Shown here: positions 13,081 to 25,965 of the stretch, piece by piece
Position numbering within the stretch: position 1 is the first letter of the stretch
How the letters are laid out: each line of letters opens with the position of its first letter
Source: Azolla caroliniana
Lineage: Eukaryota > Plantae > Polypodiophyta
Direction: 5' to 3'
DNA length: 64,000 nucleotides
Assembly (NCBI GenBank): GCA_043228905.1
Contig: JBHGNT010000001.1
Span: forward strand, 1,612,001 to 1,676,000
Translations under genes and position numbers: made by a program
Notes under the pieces: model-generated
Told to the model about the DNA's origin: nothing
Seen by the model: only the letters and a program-made list of their open reading frames with translations
Databases searched by the model: none

Positions 13081-16000
13081 ATGGCTTCCTCCTCCTCCTC
13101 CGCTTCTTCTTCTTCTTCTTCTTCCCCTGCATCCGAGGAAGAGCTTACTGTGAGCGTGAAATGGGTGGGCAAAGACTACACCGTGAGGCTTTGTGCAGAA
13201 GACACGGTGGGGGAGCTAAAGCGACGGATCTGCGAGATCACCAACGTACTTCCCAAGCGGCAAAAGCTTCTCAACCTCAAACTCGGATCCAGACCCGCAG
13301 AGGACTCTGTCATTCTCTCTCAAATCCCCCTCAAACCTAATGTCAAGATCATGATGCTCGGGTATGTGTCATGCCACCTCCCTTTATCTCTACATATTTG
13401 CTTACGTACATAACTCACCCGAGATACTAACTTGGATCACGAGACAATTCGTTTCGCAATGAAGGGCCTTGCTAATATGGTCTTTTATGTGTGTTTGTGC
13501 CACATTCTACGTATTGATCTGCCATGGGTAATATGTAGCTTTGAGTTTTGATCGAGAATAAAAGGTTCCTACATTTTGGTATTTTTTGTATCAACCACAT
13601 TATATATATGATTGAACATGGAGTGTTTGTGATTTTGAGGACTGATTAGTAAGCTGTCTTAAATTTCTTTTTTTGAGGATCAATGTTGTGAACAATCTGA
13701 AATTTTCTCATTCCAGAAAAGTCTCAAAGAAAATCATTAACTTGCTATCATTTTTCTTTCTGCAATCTACAATCTCTGGTGTTCTCAATGGCAATCTGTA
13801 GCGGAATGTTTGACTCCGTTATGTTTAAACTGTAATACTGAACGGTTGTTGCCCCAAATTTATTGTTTATTTTCAATTCGACAACATGGTTGTTTTTGGG
13901 TTCTTGATTACCTTATTCAGTTTGCCCATCAGTTTCCAGGTACTTGCTAGTTTTGCAGTGTAAAGTAATTTGAAGTTCATAAATATTAGCTGTCCAAAAA
14001 TGTTCTAAGAGCTTGCGACCACATATACTGTATTCGATAGAAATCTGTACAAGGAATACCATATTTTGCAGTACTTTCAAGAATTATGGCATTTCTCTGT
14101 AATGATTTGAATGACTCATGTGGGGAACATCATGATACTCAAGCATAATGGCAGTTTGCAGCTTTGTTTCAAGAGGAATGCATAGTTCCTTCATAGTAAA
14201 GAAATTCGTCACACATGGATGAATGATTATATGCTTAGTTTTGTGCAGCACTCTTTTGTGGACCTGCTCAGCAAAGGAACACTAAACTTTGTTTCTATAA
14301 ATAAGGATGTTTGCCTCTGGTTACTCCCTTTCATTTTCTTCCGCAATTATATTGATGAGGTACCTAATTACATACAAAGATTGGATTGACCGGGGGTGTC
14401 CCTTGCAAGAATCATCATGCCCTTACTAATATGTACGGATGATAATATGCCAATTTCAGATTCTCCATTTGCATTACAAAGACACCTAGATATGCAGTAC
14501 ACACGTTTTGCAAGGTCATGCTGTTTAACACCAACTAAGTATGGGTAGACAGATTAGACTGTCAATTCTTTTAAAGGGAACAGATGGAATACTTAGAGGG
14601 TGACAATTCACAGGACCATAATTCTCTGTAGATGATATAGCCTCAGGTAGTTTCTGTTGACAGATAACAAGCCCCCGAGTGGTGTATGGTAAATGATACA
14701 TCATCAACTAAAAATACTAGCAACCAATATGGCAGTAGATTCCCCTAATTAGCTGGATTTTGTAGCACCCTAAAATGCTGTCTGCTCTGGTTGACTTCTC
14801 TTTATTACCACAGTCTCCAGTTGTATCTCTTCTTTCACTTGACTGGGTAACATAAGATGTAGCTGCAGTGTTTTGCATAGGTGTTTTAAAGAAAGTAAAT
14901 ATCAGGTGCTCAGAGGCTACTCTTTCTGTGCCACCATGTTTCATGTTGAATGAGAGTAACTGATCCTTACCTATGAGCATGTTTAAATTTAAGAAAATAT
15001 TTTTCAGTGAAACAATATAGATTTATATCTTGCCTTTTCTTATATTGAAGTGTCTGTGTCTTATAATATTTTACGCTACAATTTACAGAGAAATGTAGAC
15101 TCTATTACATAAAAAGAATTTAATCCTTGTAAAGCTGGAGAATATGTAGAATAGTCACCACAAAAAATAGTTGTGTTTAGAACAAAACATAGATGAATGA
15201 TCACCTTGGGATTTTAGCATTAAACTGTTGTTTAAACAGTGAGTACATGAAATCCACACGATTCATGCAAACTGTAAAAGTCAAATGGCAGTTTTTGACA
15301 AAGAAAAATTCTAACCAAAGGTCTGCAGCACCGTGGAGGATGAATTACTTGTAGAACCAGTAGATGCTCCAGAGATTCTGGATGATTTTGAGTTTGAAGA
15401 GGTTGACAACTTGGACATCCAAGACAGGGAAGTGAACAAGCAAAAATTAAGACGCCGCATTGAGCAATACAAGGTAGATGTTTGGCTGTTATTCCAGATG
15501 TTTCCACTCATAGATTCTGTAAATAGTGAGACAAAGGTCTCTACTTTTGGTTAGACTTTTAAAAACCGGTATCAATTGATTTTTGGACTGATCATCATCA
15601 TGCAGATGCGAATTCTGAATAACCCTCGTGAGTCAAAAAAACTGGTTGTATTGGATATTGATTACACATTATTCGACCACAGATCTCCAGCTGAAAATCC
15701 GCATGAACTGATGCGTCCATGTAAGCTTATAGATATATTTCTGCTCTAATATTTGCCAGAAATCACCGAGGATGATTGATTATGTTCGTGTGTTGGCAGA
15801 TCTTCATGAATTCTTGACAGCTGTTTATTCAGAGTATGATATTATCATTTGGTCTGCTACAAGGTAAAGATATTATTGTCCTCAGTTTCAGGAGATAGTG
15901 TATATTGTTTATGTATGACCAAAATAATTAAATGGTAAAATGTCTGGTTTTTTTGTACATCTCATCCGCCTTAAATTTATTACAAGAAATACCTTCAATT

Positions 16001-16829
16001 CTTATTTAAAATTATGATAACAGCATGAAGTGGGTGGAAGTAAAGATGAAAGAGCTTGGAGTTCTCAACAATCCTAATTATAAAATCACTGCTTTACTTG
16101 ATCATCTTGCTATGATAAGTGTGCAGTCTGAGTCTCGTGGGGTTTTCGACTGTAAGCCGCTGGGACTAATATGGGGAAAATATCCACAAGTAAGTGCTTT
16201 ATCCATTAGTGAACATTGTCACTTTTCTATTCAAAACACTTTCTTTGATCTTTGTCATGTGTTGGTTTCAGCTTTAGAAGCCATTAATTGATGTTGGTTA
16301 AGCAATAATGAACCCACATAATAAATATTGTACATGTGTACACCCATTGCATGCACATACACTTCTGGATGTATATTTGTGATTAGGTGTCTGTGGTATC
16401 ATTTTTGCTGCTGTGAAATATATAATTTTTGTTATTATTTTGTTGATGATTATTCTTATTTTTTATACATGATTATTCATGTGTTTTGTGAAGTCAGTTT
16501 TATGAACTTTTAAGGACTGCACTTATTTCAAAGGTTCAAATTTTCATTTAATGCCCGACTTTAATTTGGGATTTTGTAATGTTCAGTTTTACAACCAGAG
16601 TAACACGATCATGTTTGATGACTTGAGGCGCAATTTTGTTATGAATCCACAAAATGGTCTTGTAATTAGACCCTTCAGAAAAGCTCACCTCAATCGTGCA
16701 ACGGATCAGGAACTGGTTCGTCTTACTGAATATCTACTCGCTATAGCTGAACTTGAAGGTTTTGATCATCTAGATCATTCAAGATGGGAACACTATACAG
16801 AGGATGCTTCTAGAGGAAGATCCACGTGA
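13081..16829 (+). CDS. UBLCP1: Ubiquitin-like domain-containing CTD phosphatase, about 337 aa
   Basis: Exons 13081-13361, 15329-15473, 15606-15720, 15800-15863, 16024-16189, 16587-16829. UBL domain (VKWVGKDY...[10 protein letters not shown]), HAD motif [10 protein letters not shown], then [13 protein letters not shown] and [17 protein letters not shown]. Confidence 0.95.
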
Positions 16830-18245
16830 GGTTGGTGAGTGTGTATACTTTGAGATACTGCACTTACATGGAACAATAGATACTGTGATGCAAAGTGTAA
16901 AATGCTGCATCGAGTCATTTTACTATTGCATTAAAATTTAGTGTGCTCGTAACCTGCACACATATGGGGTCTCAGAAGGGCTTGATTATTTTGTATATGC
17001 CTTGAAAGTATTTAAGCTTTCTCATCAATTGTCGTAATCTTTTTGTTTTTGGACTGGCTATGGGGAAAACCAGCAATATGTGCGATCATTTTAGATTTGA
17101 AGCATGTGAATGTGAGCTTACCTCTTTATTTAACAAATTTGAGCACACCACTTTTGTTTATTTAGTTGCACCATATTGATCAAGATTTGATGTGTATAAT
17201 TACATCTGTCTGTGCTCATTCTGTATACAGACAGGTGTAGGTGGACGAGCATTTTACAATGTATACAGTATCAAGGAATGTACATATGAATACAGTAATA
17301 TATACTATCTTCCCTAGATTGATGGTAGTGTTACAATATGTTTTCAGTTCATTGGTGATGACTGCTGCAAATTCATGTTTCATGCTTTGAATATTAAATA
17401 TACCTGGTCATAAGACTTTGCTAACACATTGTTGCAATGGTCTATTAAATGAGTTAATGACAATGTTATCCTAATAGTTATAAGATCATTTTTTGGAAAA
17501 AAGAAAGAAAGAAAGTTAAGGGATCACAAGTTTGAGCCATTATTATATGGACACAGAAAATTAAGTGTACATTTTTCAGTACCATGATCACACGTTTTTG
17601 ACATTTCTTTCAGATTTTTGTGTTAACATTGAGTTGAAACGGCCAACAGGTCATTAGGTATTTAAAATTTGTGGGAATAATGAAAAGTTTGCAAACTAGA
17701 GGCATTGCTCTCTTAAAGTCCGTCTATGCTCAAAAGATTGGACCACATTTAATGACGATCATTTATCTATGATGTATGAGTATGTTCTGATATAAGTGAT
17801 AACAATGAATTGCTCAGAGTGCCATTAACTTGGTTTTGAGAAGTATACAAAATTTGCACATGTTGGACCACTTATTGATATTTGATAAATCCATTCCAAT
17901 TTTCAGAGATGTGACCCAATGGTGGTCAGAACATGTGACTCAACAAACTATACTCTTAGGTGGTCAGAACATGTGATCCACATATTGCTGGATCCATGTC
18001 ATCAAGGCCTCAGTTTTGCGTCTATGGACAAGACCTCAACTGCTATAATGTCACACGAATGTCAAAAAAGCAAAATAGCTTTGTGGAGTGATCAGACAAA
18101 TTCTTCCATCAACTGTCAACAATAAATTCTTTCCCACAATATGGCTAACTTTTGATTGATTAACAGCAAAATAGGCATATAATTGACCCCTAAAATAATA
18201 GTACATAGCATTGATGGTGAGATGTCCTTTTTTACTCGGTCGACA

Positions 18246-21240
18246 TCACTCACCTTCGTTCTGTATGACCAATTTACGCAAAGTGATTGAAATTCTCTTA
18301 CTTTGGGTAATTCTTTCTCCGTTCCACACCTGGGACTCTTCACCTCGATTAATTTCATGTGTCCATTTATAACGAGCTTCACCAGATAAGAGGATAAGAT
18401 CTCCTGGTTCAAGTAAAATTGGTATTTTATCCTCCACTCTTGAGACAATTTCCTTTGGATCTCTTGCTAGATAGCCAGGGTGGCAACTTGATGTTCCTTC
18501 AAAGAGATGGGCAAAATGCATCACACATGCAGACTGTAAGGACAAAATTGCTATGCCATCCTCGAACTGTAACAGATCCACATGTGCGCATATCCCCTGT
18601 AAGGAGAAGAAACATCTCTAATATTCTCTCTTTCTCAAAGGTACACACTCTGATATATTTACAGCACTCACATTAGGGACAGCGATAGCTTCCCTGCTCA
18701 ATGAAGTGCACATGGGTGGAGCTCAACCACCAGGGCTCATGAGCAGATTGGCAGGCAAAAAAGTTCTCTATTGTTGCATTGTGGTCGAAAAACATTTGAG
18801 ATAGTCAGGGGAAGAGTTTTGGAAAATACTGGAAGAGCAGCAAGCACCTTCTGAACACATGAATAGGTAAGCAAGGCTCTATAAAAAGGCAGTTGTGGAA
18901 ATACTCTCAAGTGACAATTGGAGTCGAGCATGATGCATATGCATAGATGATCTTGAAGAAATGGTTCATGAATGTGTAGACGAATAGGGAATCACTAAGG
19001 TAGGCTTGGGAATGAGCTGACCAAGCTCTTATACATAGATGACTTAACAGATGATCATTCTTGAGGTATTTTGCACTTGCTGTGGTCTATTGTTTAACAT
19101 CAAATCAACCCAGATCAACCTAAGGTCCGTTCAACATTGTGGGTTGGACACTTAATAAACATATCTTTCTTCCGCTCTCTCTCTCATTATTCCATGTGTA
19201 TAAATTATGTCCTACCCTTCAACATAGCATAGTTTACCTCTCTTGGGTTGTAATGATTCACAATCATTTGATCAAAAAGAGGAACTCTTGATAGTACACC
19301 AAGACTCAAGGGGAAATCATTAACATTGTTCTGGGAAGATGAGTAGGGAGAAAGCGAGTCATCAGCAAAAATGTATGAGCAAATAGCACGGTATATACAA
19401 TCTGATAGGCCCACTGCCCACCTTGGTAGATCCTTGAATCTCATTGCCTAAAAAGGAAGTAAAAAAATTTAAAAAGCAAACATTTACTACACTTCAAAAA
19501 TTGCATTCTGTTTAATTAAATTTACATTTGCTCTAATTTAAAATACTCCTACCTGGTTATGGAACCCATCTACAAACCAACCCTCTGCATTACATAAAAT
19601 ATACAGAGATATTATGCACCACACAAATAGAACTTGCATTAGATACAAAAGGAAAAAGAAGATAATCAATAGGAGAAATATAACCTGCATTGATCTCATA
19701 TAATAGTTGATCTTGTTGTTTGACGGTCATGAAATTTTTACAAATCCACAGGCCTTTCATGGCATCGATCCTCTTCCAAACATGATCTGCATGCACCTGC
19801 AATCATCTTTCTCCAGTTAATTTTTCTATGTGTTAATAATCAACAGGTGTATCCTAAAATAAACTACTTGACTACAAACTTAAATTGTTCAAATGACAGT
19901 TGAGAAAAATACTTGTGACAAAAAATGGCATACCATTGAACCAAGAGAGAACCTCAAGCTGGAAATTTTAAGAAGAGAAATCATACAAAAGATGAGAGGA
20001 TATTTTCAAATATCTTTAATATTAAATAACTTGCATGATAAATTTCAATTAAAGTACTAATCTCTTCATCATAAAATGCAGGACAGAACCTAGAATACTC
20101 ATCCAAGTATTACATTACCTAGAAGAGCACCTTGGTATAGAAATGAATCCATAATGATAAGTAGAGGTAGGGGTTAGTGGTAGGCCAGAGATTCAAACCG
20201 GACTGGCAACATGCAAATCTAGGGCAAGCAGAATTTGCAAGTTATGCTAACGAGAGTTCCAGAGCATTTCTGTAGGGATATGTCATTTCTAAAATCACGT
20301 CAACGAGAAGATTCCACATTTTTTTACCAAGCATGCCACCCTAGGTAAATGATACCGGTCAATCTACGTCGTTATGGGCAAGGTATCCTTGAGCTTAAGA
20401 AGCAAAGGGAATCGATATTAGCATATGGATGAGAGGCAGTCACACATGACTGACTTCTTTCAAACGACACAACTCCCCCAACAAAAGTGCCAGGGAGTTG
20501 CCATTGAGCAAACAATGGAATGCTGATGTTGACAGAGACCAAGGCACAAGGCACAGGGGAAATATTATCAACTAACCTTAGGAGTTCATTGTATGTCATT
20601 TCCGAGCAAAACTATGGTCCGTGTACTTCCTTTGCTGTCAATGTACTTCGTTGTTGTCTTGCTCCACCATGGTCTACAGCAAGAAAAACCATCTCATACA
20701 CTACAAGCATGATCATTGATCATTATGCCACACAAAGCTTCTCAACCCCCTATTAGTGGTTACACACTTCCCGCTTGTAAAACCAGCTCAAAAACTATTG
20801 CCAACTGTAAATCCATCTCATGCACTAAGATAATTGGCATTGATCATTTGCGAATCCAGAGCTTTAAATTTGACAGTATGGATAACTTGACACTGCTCAT
20901 GTCATTTAGTATGGTGGGCCGATTTCAGCCTCTAGTAGAAATTAATATATCTTTTCTTACTTTCAAGGACACACATCAATTCATACCTAAGAGGTCTGCA
21001 CCACGGGCAATCTAAAAGATAGGTTGTCCTTGTTCATGTATGCAATCTTAAGATTTTCATGATTCCTCTACTGATGCCAATGATCCTGATGATGAACAAT
21101 CATACCTGTGGTATTACTTGGAAAGGGGTGCTGGACTGAACATTGGTATGGCCGTCAGAGTCGGAGTCGGAGTCTGTGTGGCCAAAGACATGGCCAAGAA
21201 TGGCCTCCACTCTCTCCTCTTTGACTGCGTCCTGAGCCAT
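18246..21240 (-). CDS. AlkB-family 2OG-Fe(II) dioxygenase, about 279 aa
   Basis: Exons 21240-21106, 19796-19685, 19584-19553, 19447-19238, 18596-18246. Motifs FDQMIVNHYNPREGICAHVD (HxD), EARYKWTHEI (distal His), RISITLRKL. Confidence 0.92.
18680..19060 (+). mobile_element. LINE reverse-transcriptase relic in the AlkB-family gene intron
   Basis: Frameshifted GKKVLYCCIV/KTFEIV/FWKILEEQQAPSEH..ARLYKK resembles the RT motif LYCCFVDFxKAFDTV..LW of RTE-type LINEs. Confidence 0.55.
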
Positions 21241-24200
21241 GAAGAGAGAGAACGAGACAGAGCCAAAACACAGAGAACCGAGATCTCCTCTGGAAATGTC
21301 GTGGGAATGTATGTACATATGTATGTTAATGTTATGCTTTGGTGCCAAGTGTGAAAAGTGAATGTTTGTAAAAGCCATTACATACATATATGTAGTTCAG
21401 TTTAGTCGGCATTTGAGAATGTGCACAAGCAACTTGCCTTGTCTTAGGCAACAAAACATTACCTCTCCAATTTCTCTACAATCAACCAATCTATGAAAAA
21501 AAAAGGGATGTGAATTGACCATATATTTACTCCAACCTTGTAATATGTAATTGTTCTTTCAAGGATTGATCTAGGGTAAGAGTGAAAAGTTAGGAGTATA
21601 AAGATACAGCCTAAGGGTACATATTTTCGAGTCAAGGACAAAGTGTGTAGTTCGCAACGTTCTCATTAAACGCTATTTATACAAACATGGTACAATTTTA
21701 GACATAATATTGAGGACGTCATCGTAACCACATCATGTAAGAAGTAATGTTCATTAGGAACAAGGCCTCCTCAAATGTACCACTTCAACCAAAGATCTAA
21801 CCAAATGTAAGCTGAGAAGTTTGTCAACATTCTTAATAACAATGCTAACTATTTCTATGCCAACTCACAATGAGTTTAGTGACATATTGTGCTCCACCTC
21901 GAGAAAAGGGGTTGTGAAATGGTGAGTGATATTTTGATATGTCAAAACCAAAAAGCAAGTGCCAAGAACCAACAATTAGGTAGGAGAGACGATAAGTTCA
22001 ACACATAGCAATGGCAAAGTAGTTACATCATTATTTGTGTGGGAGAATGCCCCATGACATTGGAGAGAACATTAAAAGGAAATATTCACAAGTGTGAGAG
22101 TTTTACACGTGAAAGGTTAAAGAAGGATCAATGCAACAAATATAGAATTATTCTTAAACAATGATTAGCAATATATATTATCGTTCTAACCCCAAAACTC
22201 TAGAAAGAACATCTTAGTAAATATACCATGTAAATATTTAAAAAACTACCATACGAACAAATTAAAGTACTTTTGCATCTCTCTTGAGATCCACAAATGC
22301 ATGAAATTGATTGTACATGTAAATACAAGGCAAAGCCATACTTATGACTTGCCTTCCAACAATAAAGTACTAAAGACACATCCTCTAGAATAACGGGTTA
22401 GCAACAAGCGAGGTTACATCAAATCCAATGGTTAGCATCCCATACCACAAGTTTGAATTTATCAAAATGAGCATGTGGTAGCTTTACGACAAACTTTGAT
22501 ATTGATTGTCAATAAAAAAATGAGAATGGTTGCGTTAGATACTAGGGGAATTTATAAGATCGTTGTAATAGTAATGAATGATGAGTGTGCACCTTGACCA
22601 AACGAGGACATGCATCATGGGAGTAGATGATAAGCTTGTTGAATTGTGGGTGCATATATAGAGACATTCTTAACGTCATCAAACCGATCCAACGCAATGG
22701 TAATGTTTGACTAAACTACTCTCTATGTTGAGTAGAAGCAAACAACACCATTAAAGAAAATGAATTCAATCGTGTATGAAAAGAGCATGAACTACAGGGT
22801 CATATACAAATTATCGATGTTGAACAATAATGGTTTGACAAGCTTATCATTTTTTTGCATACAACATCATTGGACGTATGCACGGTCACAACCTAGCATT
22901 TGTTGCCCAACTACCATTCACATCCATGTGATGGCCATGTTTGTACATGGGAGTTTGAAACCCTTACGATCGTCACAGATTGTAGTGAATTCTATAATAG
23001 CCAAGTGCCTATATCGCCTACCATTTGAGTTATAATTGACATTGATCCCATGATGCTCTTTACCAACTATTGCGCCCACTTTCTTTGTTGCCATGGTACA
23101 TTCTCAATGGCGATTCCTAATTGATGCTCATTAACTAAGTTGTGGCAAGGCACAATGACAATAAGCATGATTTTTCGATAATTGTGAAGACTTGACAGTG
23201 ATACAAGACTCATATATGATGAATGCTTCTCATGAAATCCCGTTCATTGTCACAGGAACCCGCAGAATTAGAAGTAGTTACTAAAAGGTAGGTTCTACAG
23301 TGACCCATCCGACTTCAATGCATATATATTTGCATCGAAGTGAAGGGAGATGAGTGAATGCAGACTAACGAAATTCCTTTGACTTCGTTCTCTTTTGTTT
23401 TCTTTTGGCTTTTTCCCGTTTTTTTTGTGGCGGATCAATTCCCGCATTTGATTTGTCCGGCCCACCCCAAGCCAAAATGTGAACCCAAATATTCAAATTT
23501 CAAATATCCGTCACATAATTTCATTTTCCAAATAAAGAAAATCAGAATTAATTTCTCCGTCGTCGCCTTCTCCTTCGTCAATTCTCTGCTCAATCGATCT
23601 TGTTCTGCATCTTCTTCTGTTTCCACCAAAGAAGAACAGCATTGACAGAATCGCTCATTCACTGGTAAATCCTCCTTTCTTCATATTTCTTTGTTTTTGT
23701 CACCCCTCTTCCAGAAACCTTTGGTGTTTTTGACTACCCCAGAGAGAAGGAGAAGGAGAAGGAGAATTGATTCACAACGATGTAAACACTATGTATCCAC
23801 TGATTCGTCAATCTCTGAGGACCATTATTTCTTTTCCATGTAACTTAATCCGTTTTTTCTTGTTATAAACTTCGAACGTTTACGAGAAATAGAGTTAGAG
23901 GAGGCCCCTTCCTCGAAAAGAAAAAGCTCTGGCTTTCTGCCATTTGTTCTCGTTTTGAACTGCCAAAGCGGTTTTAGACCGCCAAATTAGATCTGGCTAT
24001 GGACCTTCAAGTTAAAAAAAGCGTTTTTAGTTGGTGTTACTTCTCATTCTTAATCCGTCTCCTGCTTACCTGAACAGTTTATTTTTTGTACATCCTGGAT
24101 AAATCAATTCGAAATTCTGTTCGAAACAGTGATTAGTTTTCCAGCTCCTTAGCCATTAGCATCCATAATCAAACCAGATAATCGATTAGCTCAAATAACT

Positions 24201-25965
24201 CACTTCCTGTTCTAATATATTTGTTCATCTATTGAAAGCTTCATGATCTGGAAAGTTTACCTTATTACTAAGACATTCAGCTAATTTCTTGACATTGTAA
24301 CGATTGTTTGCTTGCCATTGTCTGCGAATGAGTACTTTAATAAAAGTTAAGGTTTAATAGATTTATAAAAAGATTTTATTACTAAACTATCTCTGTGTCA
24401 CAAAGCTTGTGCTGAAAAGTGTCGCAAAGTATTGCTTTTAGTTGGAATGCTAGCATTCGGTTATTATTGTAAACTCAACGACACATGTTCTTTTCCCCTT
24501 AAATCACGCGCTTTATTGTTGTATGAAACTAAGAGCCCTCATGGTGCATCCCCCCTTTTTAAAACAAGGACGAAGGAAATATGATCCTGGTATATATATC
24601 TATGTATTTAATATTCTAGCATTAGAACTCCATCCTTCAAACTAAAGCTAATAGATGGTTTGGCTACCTTCATAATGAATGCATGATCGATGTCAATAGT
24701 CAAGGATGGTTCTATATAAAAACATAACTTCCAAGGATGGTTTCATAAAAAGGTGAATGGAGGGTGATGGTTAGGTATGATGTGGGGTTTTATTTTCATT
24801 CTCAAAATGATAGGAATGTGGAGTTTTCACCCTGAGGTTAAAATCTATAAAAATTATAACATTCTAGTTGACTAATACATCACTTGATTATAAGGAAGGG
24901 ATGAACTACTTCAATAGTTACATTTGCAATTATTAGGAGCTTGACATTCTGTCTTTAGATGTTTCATTGTTCAGTCATTTCAGTTGTTTTCATCTTCAAA
25001 GTTGATATACATGCATGTTTCTTTGTTGCTTAAGAATAGTAGACTGATAGACACCAACCTACGAAGATATTGCCTTTTATTATCTAGGCCACGTAAATAT
25101 TGCTAGGAAGAGGAGAAATGTCACCTTACAGTAGGAAACGATCTGTAATCAAATCCATCATTAAAGAGTATCCAAGCTAACCTCCAGTACTTATAATAGT
25201 AGAGTTTAGGTAAAGAGTGAGCCCTGCTGGCAATTTTTACTACTATAGAGAACATTTTACAGAGAAGGATCACGTGGGAGTCGGGACATAATCGTTTCAC
25301 CAAAGAAATGCGAATCCTAGGAACTTGTGATGGGTCCCATTGTAATGCTTAAATAAAAGATTAATTGTGACTTGGGTTATACCAAAAACCACTCCCTGTT
25401 GCAATTACAGAATATCTTTTGAAAAAGTTTGAATTGGTATCCTTAGAGTGCAAGAAGGATCTGTTTTTGTGTCTCTCGTTTTTGTTCTGCCGCAACAAGG
25501 ATCTCTCATTCTCTCTCTCTCTCTCCCTCTCTCTCTCTCTCCGTGATGTGCGCGCGCGTGCTTGTTCTCGTGAGGCGGCAGTGCCCATGAAGGACACTGT
25601 ATCCATCAACTTCTTCTTCTTCCTTACAGAGCCGCAAAAGTAAAGTGAGAGTGATTCAACAAACTTTGTAAAAGCATGCCATAGCTTATTGTCTTCTAAA
25701 GCTATCCTTCAAGACAAAGTTTAGGTTCGTGTACTCCTATTGGCTTTTAACTTCGTTGATTAGGTTCTGGTTTGTTCCGAAAATGTATTTTCTAGTTTAA
25801 GGTTTGCTCAATATAATTATATATCAAATTTCTTCTTTTGAGGTGTTTTCTCTGTATCTTTGTTATGTTTATTTTATTGCGATCCATGAATCATTCATTT
25901 TTTATATTCTCCTGCAGAGCGTATGATGCTGCCATTTCTATCCTCGCCCATTCTATTATTATTAC

